Shown piece by piece: positions 1 to 8,897 of a stretch of DNA of 64,000 nucleotides; position 1 is the first letter of the stretch; each line of letters starts with the position of its first letter. The stretch is from a virus, in the IMG/VR virus record IMGVR_UViG_3300045988_126112, positions 96,001 through 160,000 of that record; one strand, given 5' to 3'. The notes below the pieces were generated by a model that did no database searches, was not told where the DNA came from, and saw only the letters and a list, made by a program, of their open reading frames with translations. The position numbers and the translations under genes were made by a program.

Positions 1-16
1 TCAAATATATTGGTTA

Positions 17-1252
17 ATGAATGGTAAAGACCTTAAAGGTTGCTCATTAGTTTGCGTAGACGCTTCTGCTGTAAAAAGTGCATTACAAAGAGTTAAAAGA
101 TCTAATAAATTAAATAAAGAAGCTAATACAAATTTAATAGGTAAATTATCAGATGCTTTACAATCTGCAAAAATTAATAAAGATGATGTTAGAGGTTATA
201 AAGACTTCAAAAAGGAAGTAAGAGAAGGATTAACTGAAGCTACTAAAGATAATAAAAATCCTGTATATATAATACTTGTATATACAGCATCACCATTTGG
301 AAAAATGATTAAAGAATATACACATGGAATATATACACATGCAGCTATGTCTTTAGATAATACTTTAAATAAACTTTATAGTTTTAATCTAAATAATCAA
401 TTTAATAAACTTGGTGGATTTAGTATTGAATCTATAGAGGGTTATAAAAAAGATAATAAAGATGCTATAATGTGTGTATATACTACATTCATAGATGATG
501 ATAAGAAAAGAAAACTAGACAAACAAATAAATTACTTTATAGGTAATATAGATAAAACTAAATATAGTATTATAAATGTGCTTGGCTTAATTGCAAATAA
601 GCCTATAGAATTAGCTAATGATATGATATGTAGTCAATTTGTTGATAGAATGCTTAAGTCTGTAGATATAGACGTTACTGGTATGGCTAGTTCTTTAGTA
701 ACTCCAAATGATATTTATAAATCAACTTCTAATAAAATATATAAAGTTTATGAAGGAAGAGTTGATGAATATAATCATAAGAAAATTCAAGCTAAAGTTA
801 ATAAACTTAGACGTTCTAGTATAACTGAAGCTAAATCTGCTCCAGTACAATTTGATAAAGATGGTAATCTTCTTATTATAAAAAATATAAAAGATGTACA
901 AGAAGAATATAATAAATGCCATAAGTTACTTCTATCTTATGATTCTTCAGGAAATATAGAAGGGATGAAGCATGAGTTATATAAATTATGGTATCTTAAT
1001 CTTATACTTGAAAGAAAGATATATAAGAATAAGAAACCTGAAAAAGAATATCATGATATGAGAGCAAGAATACTTAATGATTTTAATAAGTATCTTAAAA
1101 TAGTAAATAAAGCTGAACCAGACTTTGATTTCACATCTGGTTATGAAGAATCGCCATATAGTGATGCAGCTATTAAAATCCATTCTCATACTTTGAAATA
1201 TGGAGTTAAGTATTCTAAATCATTATTTAAGCTATTTGAAACTGTTTTATAA
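17..1252 (+). CDS. Hypothetical protein. The N-terminal part may be a permuted papain-fold (NlpC/P60-superfamily, YiiX-like) domain. The gene may be truncated at its 5' end by the window edge.
   Basis: 411-aa ORF. The frame stays open back to nt 2, so the true start may lie upstream. A His-then-Cys arrangement ('GIYTHAAMS' ... 'DMICSQFVD') resembles permuted papain-like amidases. The C-terminal half is K/E-rich and helical-looking. Confidence 0.35.
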   Translation: MNGKDLKGCSLVCVDASAVKSALQRVKRSNKLNKEANTNLIGKLSDALQSAKINKDDVRGYKDFKKEVREGLTEATKDNKNPVYIILVYTASPFGKMIKEYTHGIYTHAAMSLDNTLNKLYSFNLNNQFNKLGGFSIESIEGYKKDNKDAIMCVYTTFIDDDKKRKLDKQINYFIGNIDKTKYSIINVLGLIANKPIELANDMICSQFVDRMLKSVDIDVTGMASSLVTPNDIYKSTSNKIYKVYEGRVDEYNHKKIQAKVNKLRRSSITEAKSAPVQFDKDGNLLIIKNIKDVQEEYNKCHKLLLSYDSSGNIEGMKHELYKLWYLNLILERKIYKNKKPEKEYHDMRARILNDFNKYLKIVNKAEPDFDFTSGYEESPYSDAAIKIHSHTLKYGVKYSKSLFKLFETVL

Positions 1253-1270
1253 TCATATATTATAAAAGTG
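1251..1270 (+). promoter_or_regulatory. Conserved promoter-like motif, copy 1
   Basis: 'AATCATATATTATAAAAGTG', ending about 31 nt upstream of the Nudix start. Confidence 0.55.
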
Positions 1271-1301
1271 TAACAAAATAAATTATATTGGAGGTATGTA
1301 T

Positions 1302-1793
1302 ATGAACATGCATGCGATAGGACTAGTAATAATAAATGAAAAGGATGAAATATTGATATTAGATCATAATAAGTTTAATATCAAAACAGTTCCAGTAGGA
1401 AAAATAGAAGAAGGTGAATCTATATACAATGCACTTCATAGAGAAATAAAAGAAGAAATTGGTGTAGAATTCAGTAATGAAATATTATTAGCAGATAGCT
1501 ATGTAAGATATGAAAATATAGAACGTAGCTTTGAATATGTATTTGTTGTTAATACAAAAGATATAAAAGGTAAACCTAGAAATATGGAACCACAAAAACA
1601 TTCTGATATGTATTGGGTTCCAATAGATAAATTGCCTGAAATAGGTAGACTTGGAACAGCAACTCATATATTTATGGAATGCTTAAACAAGGGTTATGCG
1701 ACAAATAAAAATCATGAGTTTAAAATAATTAAGCATAATAAAGTTTGTAATCTAGAAAGAGATTATGACCCAGCACTATATATAATACAATAA
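1302..1793 (+). CDS. Nudix hydrolase
   Basis: The Nudix box GX5EX7REUXEEXGU is present as 'GKIEEGESIYNALHREIKEEIGV'. GGAGG at 1290-1294 favours ATG 1302 (7-nt spacing) over the track start at 1296. Confidence 0.85.
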   Translation: MNMHAIGLVIINEKDEILILDHNKFNIKTVPVGKIEEGESIYNALHREIKEEIGVEFSNEILLADSYVRYENIERSFEYVFVVNTKDIKGKPRNMEPQKHSDMYWVPIDKLPEIGRLGTATHIFMECLNKGYATNKNHEFKIIKHNKVCNLERDYDPALYIIQ

Positions 1794-1813
1794 AATATAT
1801 TGGGGGAATAATT

Positions 1814-2203
1814 ATGGTGGTATTAGATGCAATAAAAAATACATTACAAGCTAGACAACTAAATGAAAAAAGAATTAATAATAGAATAGAACTGGATATT
1901 TGTCCAGTTCTATTTATTCCTAAAGATGGAATGGCTAGAGAAAGATATATGCTAAAACCAGATGAGAAAGTTATAGGAATAACTGGATGGATATTTAGTA
2001 GTAATGATTCTCAAATGATACAATTAGTATCTGTGAATAAAAAAATAATTATATTGGACGATATAATATATCCAATATACAAGAAAGATGTTGAGATTAG
2101 TATAGTAAATAAAACTAAAAAAGATTTTGAGTTATCTTCAGGTCATTGTTTAGCTAAAGCAATATTACAACCTGAAGTAACTAGAATAAATATTTTAAAA
2201 TAA
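1814..2203 (+). CDS. Hypothetical protein
   Basis: 129-aa ORF with a GGGGG SD 7 nt upstream of the ATG, tightly packed in the operon. I recognised no motif. Confidence 0.7.
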   Translation: MVVLDAIKNTLQARQLNEKRINNRIELDICPVLFIPKDGMARERYMLKPDEKVIGITGWIFSSNDSQMIQLVSVNKKIIILDDIIYPIYKKDVEISIVNKTKKDFELSSGHCLAKAILQPEVTRINILK

Positions 2204-2221
2204 TTAAAGGGGGATTTTAGT

Positions 2222-2707
2222 ATGAATAATAAATTAATGATAGCAGGTGGATTAGTAGTAGCAGGTATAACAGTAGGAGGTTTAAACTCAGAAACTAATG
2301 CAATGGAATTACCTAACTACTATGTAACTTTAAGAGGATGCACAATAATGAGTCATCCTTCTAAATATAGCGAGATAATAACCAATGTTGACAAAAATGA
2401 ACTATTAGAAATAATCACTTATAGCAAATCAGGAAACTGGGCTAAAGTAAAATATAATGGTCATATAGGATGGTCAATGACTAAATACTTACATGTATAT
2501 GAAGATGATTTAGAAAGTGATGCAACAGTAAAAGCATATGCTTTAAATCTAAGAAGTAAACCATCTACTACAAATGGTAGAGTATTAAAAACTTTAAAGA
2601 AAGGAACTCCATTAGTAATACTTAAAAAATCTGGTGGATGGTATTATGTAAAACCTATAGATGGTGTAGGTATAAGAGGTTGGGTATCAGCTAAATATGT
2701 TGGATAG
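2222..2707 (+). CDS. Secreted or membrane-anchored protein with two SH3b-type (bacterial SH3) repeats and no catalytic domain
   Basis: N-terminal hydrophobic segment 'LMIAGGLVVAGITVGG'. Two SH3b-like repeats end in 'GNWAKVKYNGHIGWSMTKYL' and 'GGWYYVKPIDGVGIRGWVSAKYV'. SD is AAGGGGG. Confidence 0.7.
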   Translation: MNNKLMIAGGLVVAGITVGGLNSETNAMELPNYYVTLRGCTIMSHPSKYSEIITNVDKNELLEIITYSKSGNWAKVKYNGHIGWSMTKYLHVYEDDLESDATVKAYALNLRSKPSTTNGRVLKTLKKGTPLVILKKSGGWYYVKPIDGVGIRGWVSAKYVG

Positions 2708-2718
2708 AGGTGACAATA

Positions 2719-3630
2719 TTGAAAAATGTATTAATTGGAACAATTTACTACAATAAAAAGAAACAATTGTTTAAAGTAGTAAGTATTAAAAAGAATGACA
2801 AATATATTCTTCAAGATGAGAATAAAGAATTAAAAACAGTAACTAAAAAGCAGTTGATGCAAGGTTATACTAGATTAAAACCAGCAGGATATATTGTATT
2901 CTCTGTTGTAGAGTTTAATGATGATAAAGATGTAATCGTAGCTCTATATAGAGAAAAGCAATCTCAAAAGGAAGCTCAATATGAGCTTCCTTATTGTGTT
3001 TGTAGGCAAAATGTTATAAATATTTTTAGTAAGCAATTAGATAATATAGATAGAGTCGGAATGTCTGTATCATTAGACACTTCTGATATTGATACTGTAT
3101 TAGCTATGACAAATTGCAGTAAAATTGATACAGCAATAGCTGTATCTGTATATCTTAATAATACTTTACAAGATATATTAGCATTATTTGATAATCATTA
3201 CTTTGATGCAGCATTACAAAGTATGAGATTTAATAAACTTGGATTTATTCCAGGTTATTGTGATTTACTTGAAGAATTACTAATTCAAGAAGATTTCATG
3301 TATGATTTTTGTACAGGATTTGGAATTGAAAAAGTTGATTTTCCAATCAATATCATAAATGAAGAAACTGGATATGTAGATCCAATTCAAACAGTATTAT
3401 TAGAAAAGACTTTTTCAGTAGAAGTCTTCGATGCTTTTGCATTTGAGTTTGATTATACAATCAGACTTAAAGATATACAAAAACAATACAAATTAGTTTT
3501 CTCTGTTCCTGATAATAAACTATATGTCATAGCATTTACTGAAGGTAAATACTATAATGATTATGCTAGAAAAGAGATTAAGAATATGAGAAATACTATA
3601 TTTGAAAACTCTAAGTTGTTAAGTGATTAA
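2719..3630 (+). CDS. Hypothetical protein
   Basis: Long ORF. The track start GTG 2710 lies inside the SD (TAGAGGTG), so in-frame TTG 2719 (8 nt after GAGG) is more plausible. The start remains uncertain. Confidence 0.65.
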   Translation: MKNVLIGTIYYNKKKQLFKVVSIKKNDKYILQDENKELKTVTKKQLMQGYTRLKPAGYIVFSVVEFNDDKDVIVALYREKQSQKEAQYELPYCVCRQNVINIFSKQLDNIDRVGMSVSLDTSDIDTVLAMTNCSKIDTAIAVSVYLNNTLQDILALFDNHYFDAALQSMRFNKLGFIPGYCDLLEELLIQEDFMYDFCTGFGIEKVDFPINIINEETGYVDPIQTVLLEKTFSVEVFDAFAFEFDYTIRLKDIQKQYKLVFSVPDNKLYVIAFTEGKYYNDYARKEIKNMRNTIFENSKLLSD

Positions 3631-3668
3631 AAATAATTCAATTAACAACATTATAAAAACAATTATAA

Positions 3669-3688
3669 CCATATATTATAGTATTGAG
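3669..3688 (+). promoter_or_regulatory. Conserved promoter-like motif, copy 2
   Basis: 'CCATATATTATAGTATTGAG'. It runs straight into the 10-bp stem-loop at 3680-3709. The ATG is at 3738. Confidence 0.55.
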
Positions 3689-3737
3689 ATATATATAAGT
3701 CTCAATACTATATTAAAAAAATTAGGAGGTAATATCT

Positions 3738-4607
3738 ATGGAAAACAATTATAATAATATGAACGGTCAACAAATGCAACAAGGAGCTGGTAATATAAAT
3801 ACTGAGTTCCAACAAAAAATACAAGCTGGTACAATATCAGCAAATGGAGGACTTGACAATTATGAAATAACAACAGAAAATAATATATCAATGAAAGTTA
3901 GTTCTTATTGTGAATTAATAACAAATGTTGATTTAGCAAAAAGAATAACTTCAACATTAAAATTACTATTCTGTGATTACAAAGGAACATTTGTAGATAT
4001 GGATGGTAATGGTCAAATACAAGTTGTATTATGGTTTGATCCTAACATGAGAAATGGAGAAGGCATTAAAGCAGTAGAAAGAAATGACTTAGCTTTAAAA
4101 GGAACTGGAAGTAAAGTTGCTGAGTTAAAAAATATGAATACAATAATGTCAGGTAATGCTAGACAATATGTAGTAACTAATCAAGGTAAATCATTATTAG
4201 CTAAATTTATAGGTGGAGATCCAAATAAAATAAATTGGAGAAACCATGTAGGCTACTATGATGCCAAACCACAACAATATGCAACAAATAATAGAGAAAC
4301 ATTGGTAAAAATAACTGGATGCAATATAAGAAACATATTAAGATTCATCCATGGTTCTAAAGTTGAAGTAGATAATGATTCAAAACAACCAGAACATGCA
4401 GTATCTTATGATGTTAAGTTTGTTTCTTTTATGAAACCAAATAGAATGCCACAATATCAAATGAATCCATATGGCGTAGTTGTACAAATGAATCAACAAC
4501 AAGAATTCTTATTACAAATACTTTGTATAGACAACGTGTTAATGGATGAATTGAAAAATACAATGGGTATAAATCCAAGCTTAATGGGTTCTATACAAAT
4601 GTATTAA
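3738..4607 (+). CDS. Hypothetical protein with a Q/N-rich N-terminus. It forms its own transcription unit.
   Basis: Strong SD (AGGAGGT). It is preceded by the conserved promoter-like motif (3669-3688) and a 5' stem-loop, and followed by a strong terminator (4631-4665). Confidence 0.8.
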   Translation: MENNYNNMNGQQMQQGAGNINTEFQQKIQAGTISANGGLDNYEITTENNISMKVSSYCELITNVDLAKRITSTLKLLFCDYKGTFVDMDGNGQIQVVLWFDPNMRNGEGIKAVERNDLALKGTGSKVAELKNMNTIMSGNARQYVVTNQGKSLLAKFIGGDPNKINWRNHVGYYDAKPQQYATNNRETLVKITGCNIRNILRFIHGSKVEVDNDSKQPEHAVSYDVKFVSFMKPNRMPQYQMNPYGVVVQMNQQQEFLLQILCIDNVLMDELKNTMGINPSLMGSIQMY

Positions 4608-4630
4608 TAATCAATATAAATTCAAAAAGG

Positions 4631-4665
4631 AGAGATGCATTCAGTTGCATCTCTTTTATTTTTTT
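4631..4665 (+). terminator. Rho-independent terminator
   Basis: Stem AGAGATGCA/TGCATCTCT followed by TTTTATTTTTTT. Confidence 0.85.
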
Positions 4666-4679
4666 AGGAGGTAAATAAA

Positions 4680-5030
4680 ATGGATTATCAATTAGACACA
4701 TATGATCAATATATATTTGATGAAAAAGGAAATCAAATAACTGTATTAAGAGAAGAAAGTTGGAATGGAAGACCAGCTAAACTTACATTAAGAAAATGCA
4801 TTATAGATAAAGATGGAAATGAAAAACCACATAAAGGATTCGCATTTCTAACTGAAGAAGGTCCACATAGATTGGCTGAAGAATTAGTTAGAAGAGGATA
4901 TGGTGAAACTTCTGTGTTACTAGAGAGTATTAAAGAAAGAGAAGATGTAGAAGGAGAAGATATTAAAGATATAAAAGTGGACGAAGAAGAATATTTCGAT
5001 CCAAAAGAAATATTTGCTAAAGAGGTGTAA
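4680..5030 (+). CDS. Putative PC4/YdbC-like DNA-binding protein
   Basis: 116 aa. The pattern 'EESWNGRPAKLTLRKC...KPHKGFAFLTEEGPHRLAEELV' resembles the YdbC (PC4-like ssDNA-binding) family signature (WNG..K.D.R.W....KG..L..eE...L). The C-terminal tail is acidic. Confidence 0.45.
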   Translation: MDYQLDTYDQYIFDEKGNQITVLREESWNGRPAKLTLRKCIIDKDGNEKPHKGFAFLTEEGPHRLAEELVRRGYGETSVLLESIKEREDVEGEDIKDIKVDEEEYFDPKEIFAKEV

Positions 5031-5033
5031 TTA

Positions 5034-6098
5034 ATGGGAGTAAATACAATAAATGTAACTAGTACTATATTTGGATTAGCAATACAATATGATAGATTGG
5101 ATGCTCTATGTAATAGAGCATTCAGAAACTTTAATGGTAAAACTATCAATATATTTATAGACTTATATACAATCTTTAAAGATTTAAGAAAACAAAACTA
5201 TCTTGAAGGAAATAATGTAGATATATGTGCAGGTATAATAAACTTAGCTGGACATTATAGACGTTTCTTTCTAAAGAATAATATATATGCTAAGATATAT
5301 TTAATAAACTCATCTAATATTCCTCAATGGAATATTGAGTTATGTGAAGATTACAATAAGAAGATGGTTCATATTGTATCTACAACATTAAAGAGAACAA
5401 ATACGTTAATTGAATATAACTATGATTTATTAGATACATTAACTCCATATTTAAAAGATGTTTATCTTATACACAGTACTTATGAATCTAGTGTTGTAAT
5501 CTATAATATAATTAAAAAGAATAAAGATATTGGAAATAATACAGCTAATCTTATAATAACTAAAGATATATATCCTTTTCAATTAGCTGGAATATGTAGT
5601 AATACTTTAATATATAAAGTAAAGAAATATAAAGGACAAGATATAAGTTATTGTGTAGGAGCTGGTAATTTGTATAATGCTTTATTATATGAAAACAAAA
5701 TCAATTATAATGATTACGATTTCTATAAAATAAGTCCAAAACTATTTAGTGTATTAATAACTTTAAATGGATTTAAGAAAAGAAATATAAAATCTATATA
5801 TAATATAAAGACAGCTAAAAATCTTATAGAAAAAGCTATATATGGAGATGCTATATTATTGAATGATTATAACTCTATCATAAATTGGAGAGATATTCAA
5901 CCTAAAGTAGAACCTATAGAGTTAAAGAATAGATTTGAATGTCTTGATATAATAACTCAACATTACACATATATAAATGATTATGAGTCTAAGTATAAAT
6001 TGAATAACTTATATGATCCTGATGGATTAAGAAGTTTAAATGAAATGTATTTTAAGACATTGAATCCTATAATATTTGATGGATTACTAATGGAATAA
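5034..6098 (+). CDS. Hypothetical protein
   Basis: 354-aa ORF translationally coupled to the upstream gene (3-nt gap). There is a weak, unconvincing resemblance to PIN/FEN-type nucleases ('INIFIDLY', 'IITKDIYPFQL'). Followed by the terminator at 6103-6142. Confidence 0.7.
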   Translation: MGVNTINVTSTIFGLAIQYDRLDALCNRAFRNFNGKTINIFIDLYTIFKDLRKQNYLEGNNVDICAGIINLAGHYRRFFLKNNIYAKIYLINSSNIPQWNIELCEDYNKKMVHIVSTTLKRTNTLIEYNYDLLDTLTPYLKDVYLIHSTYESSVVIYNIIKKNKDIGNNTANLIITKDIYPFQLAGICSNTLIYKVKKYKGQDISYCVGAGNLYNALLYENKINYNDYDFYKISPKLFSVLITLNGFKKRNIKSIYNIKTAKNLIEKAIYGDAILLNDYNSIINWRDIQPKVEPIELKNRFECLDIITQHYTYINDYESKYKLNNLYDPDGLRSLNEMYFKTLNPIIFDGLLME

Positions 6099-6102
6099 AA
6101 CA

Positions 6103-6142
6103 TAGAAGTAAGGATTAACCTCCTTACTTCTATTTATTTTTT
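6103..6142 (+). terminator. Rho-independent terminator
   Basis: 12-bp stem TAGAAGTAAGGA/TCCTTACTTCTA followed by TTTATTTTTT. Confidence 0.85.
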
Positions 6143-6157
6143 GAAAGGAGAATAGTT

Positions 6158-7342
6158 ATGAAAGGTAATAGTTATAAATATAATATACAGCTTACTTATA
6201 TGAAAGATGATATTGAAATCAATCTAGATTATAAGAATATACTTACAATGGCTATTGATTATAATTATGAAAAAAAGAATATGCCTACATTGTTGATAAG
6301 GGTTGGTATAGATAAAAGTATTATAGACCATATGATTAGCAATAAAAATAATACAATAATATTATCTATAACTAAGTTTAAAGAAAGTAATGGTATACAT
6401 ATACGTAAGCCAGTTATAAAAAGTGAATTCTTTTATTTTTTAGATAATAATATGTCGTTTACAGACGATATAGATTATGGAAATAAGGAAAACAAAGAAA
6501 ATAAAGATATATATAAAATAATTTCTTTAGGATTGATACAAAAGGATATAGTATTAAATAATAAAACTTTGATAAATACAGTATATAAAGATACTCATTT
6601 ACTAGATATAATATGTGATGTGTTTAAAGAAAAGAATCTTGTAATTGAACCTTTTGTAAATAATGATGATGTTAAATGTCTTATAGTTCCTCCTATGGAA
6701 ACTGTAAGTAAGTTTTTAACATATTTAGACGATAGATATACATTTTATAATACACCATATAGATTCTTCTATGATTTTAATAAGACTTATTTACTTAGTT
6801 CTTCTGGAAGAGGTGTACCAGTTAAAAATGAAAAATATAATGCAATATTTATATATGTAGATAATACTATAACTGACAAATCTAAATTTGATGGAATGAA
6901 AGAAGATAGTGAATTAAAAGCATATATGATAAATGTCGATGCAGCAGCAATAAATATATCTGTAGATAAAGCAACTACTATAAGTTATAATCAAATCATT
7001 GGGGTAAATAGTGAAGGTGAATATCAATCTGTAAATATAAATAGTAATTTAGACGGAGATAGATATAAAGTTACTAGACTTAATAATGAAAGATTTGATG
7101 TATTAGATAACCTTAAAAATGAACTTGAATCAAATAATATTGTAATTAATATAATAAAAGGAGAATTAGACTCTACTGTATTTACATTGAACAAAGAATA
7201 CTATATTAAAAATTATAATAAACTAGCTGATAAGAATGGTAAGTTCTTATTATCTGCTAAAAAAGAAATATATATAAAAGAAAGTGAATACTTTAATATG
7301 ACTACTATACTTACATTGAAAAAATGCCCTAGTACTAATTAA
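6158..7342 (+). CDS. Hypothetical protein
   Basis: 394-aa ORF with SD AAAGGAG. It ends inside the bidirectional terminator hairpin. Confidence 0.75.
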   Translation: MKGNSYKYNIQLTYMKDDIEINLDYKNILTMAIDYNYEKKNMPTLLIRVGIDKSIIDHMISNKNNTIILSITKFKESNGIHIRKPVIKSEFFYFLDNNMSFTDDIDYGNKENKENKDIYKIISLGLIQKDIVLNNKTLINTVYKDTHLLDIICDVFKEKNLVIEPFVNNDDVKCLIVPPMETVSKFLTYLDDRYTFYNTPYRFFYDFNKTYLLSSSGRGVPVKNEKYNAIFIYVDNTITDKSKFDGMKEDSELKAYMINVDAAAINISVDKATTISYNQIIGVNSEGEYQSVNINSNLDGDRYKVTRLNNERFDVLDNLKNELESNNIVINIIKGELDSTVFTLNKEYYIKNYNKLADKNGKFLLSAKKEIYIKESEYFNMTTILTLKKCPSTN

Positions 7343-7368
7343 AGTACTAGGGTTTATTTTATTTTTTC
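7327..7368. terminator. Bidirectional terminator between convergent genes
   Basis: Stem CCCTAGTACT/AGTACTAGGG with T-runs on both strands. Confidence 0.8.
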
Positions 7369-8897
7369 TTTTCAGCTGGTTTATTTCCTTCCTCAAATCC
7401 ATCTCCGTTGTCTTCAGGTTTGCTAAGTTTTATATACATACGTTTATAAACATCTTTATTTCCATCTTTAGTTTTAAAGTGTCTACTAATTTTCCATAGT
7501 TTTGATTTACCTTCTTGAGATACAGTTATTCCACCTGGAACGAAATCTAATCCTTCTTTTTCATTTTTAGTTTCATTTGTTTGATAAGCTGAACTAACAT
7601 CTTGGAACATTACTTTATTGTCACCTTGATCATCAACATAATTAATTCTTATTATATAATTATTAGAATTGTTACATTGATCATTACCAGATTTATAACA
7701 TATATCAATACTTTGTATACCTTTTTGGTCTTTTTGTGCTTCTTTAGCAGCAGGAGTTAAATCATTATTATAATCTGTTCCTGTTTTAACTGGAGCATCT
7801 CCTTCTTTATCATCAGAAGCTTGACCACCATAACTAGCAACATGTTTCTTGATTATTTTCCAATAGAATTCGTATATTTCTTTAGCAATAGCTAATTTAG
7901 CTGTAGTTAAATACATTGCAGTATCTGTGTATTCACTACATTTTTTACTTACATCACTATGTTGAGATGTAGTTTTTATACCTTCTTTTTCTGCATCAGT
8001 AGGTCCTTTTACATCCCCTTTTTTCATAGCATTATTTTTAACTTGTGTACCAACTTTATTTACAGATTGTTTGTTAGTCATATCACCAGTAACTTGTTTA
8101 GCTCCAGCACCATCTACCATTTCTTCATCTTCAGCTTCAGTAAAATATTTTTCAAAGAATTCTGAATAAGCTGTTGTTGGAGTAAATAATACACTTTCAT
8201 TATTTGAAGCAGGAGTATCATCTTTTAAATCTTTTATAGATAACTGTTTAGCTATTTTTGCTGCTGCATCTCCTATAACTTTTTCATCATTTTCTAAAGG
8301 CTTTAATATTTTTTCTTTATAATCTACACAATAATTATAAATATTTGTCATATTAACTTGTTCAGCTGTATATGTCTTTTCATCTCCACCTCTAAAATAA
8401 TCTTTAGCAGCATCTATAAGTTCATCTTTATCACAGTTTAATTGATTCATTTTAAAATAGTCATGTAATATTTCATTAGTATAATTATCTATATTCCATT
8501 TACTTACTCTAGAATAATCAAATGGTGGTATAGGTGAATTTGCTATTCTTTTAATACCTTCATCATATGGATACATTTCTATTTCTTCTGTATATTTAAT
8601 CTTCTTACCTACAATAAGGTCTTTATTTTTTTGAAGATAATTTTCTTTAGTAGAGAAAAAGTTTTTAAATCCATTGATAGCTTTTCTAACCATTTCTTTT
8701 ATCTTTTCCCAAGCTTTTTGTAATTTTTCTTTGGCACTATCAATAACACCTTCATTTATTTTATCTAATTTTTCTATACTCATTTCTCCTGAAGTCCATA
8801 ATATAGCTTCTTGGATAAAATTATACATACGTTCTTGTTCATAAGCTTGTTCTAATAAGAAGTTTCTATACACAATATCTTGAGTTTGATAATCCAT
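7359..8897 (-). CDS. Hypothetical virion-module protein; distant fifth member of the paralog family
   Basis: 512 aa with SD AGGAGGT. It shares the family block 'KLQKAWEKIKEMVRKAINGFKNFF' (compare 'KKIWEKIK...F..F' in the other members). Its start overlaps the upstream stop (TAATG). Confidence 0.7.
   Translation of the reverse strand: MDYQTQDIVYRNFLLEQAYEQERMYNFIQEAILWTSGEMSIEKLDKINEGVIDSAKEKLQKAWEKIKEMVRKAINGFKNFFSTKENYLQKNKDLIVGKKIKYTEEIEMYPYDEGIKRIANSPIPPFDYSRVSKWNIDNYTNEILHDYFKMNQLNCDKDELIDAAKDYFRGGDEKTYTAEQVNMTNIYNYCVDYKEKILKPLENDEKVIGDAAAKIAKQLSIKDLKDDTPASNNESVLFTPTTAYSEFFEKYFTEAEDEEMVDGAGAKQVTGDMTNKQSVNKVGTQVKNNAMKKGDVKGPTDAEKEGIKTTSQHSDVSKKCSEYTDTAMYLTTAKLAIAKEIYEFYWKIIKKHVASYGGQASDDKEGDAPVKTGTDYNNDLTPAAKEAQKDQKGIQSIDICYKSGNDQCNNSNNYIIRINYVDDQGDNKVMFQDVSSAYQTNETKNEKEGLDFVPGGITVSQEGKSKLWKISRHFKTKDGNKDVYKRMYIKLSKPEDNGDGFEEGNKPAEKKK

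Noticed and set aside
1239-1270. Reading the conserved motif as an ordinary host sigma-A promoter (TTGAAA-16-TATTAT in copy 1)
   Set aside because: Only copy 1 has a plausible -35 hexamer. Copies 2-5 lack one at 16-18 nt. Conservation is confined to the extended TCATATATTATA..TG block, so a sigma-A-only explanation is unlikely, though not excluded.
4733-5149. 138-aa minus-strand ORF
   Set aside because: It is antisense to two well-supported + strand genes, is Ser/Leu-rich and has no SD.
5034-6098. FEN/5'-3' exonuclease call for the 354-aa protein
   Set aside because: I found only two short, weak similarities ('IFIDLY', 'ITKDIYPFQL'). Most of the acidic residue clusters expected in PIN/FEN nucleases were not found, so I left it as hypothetical.
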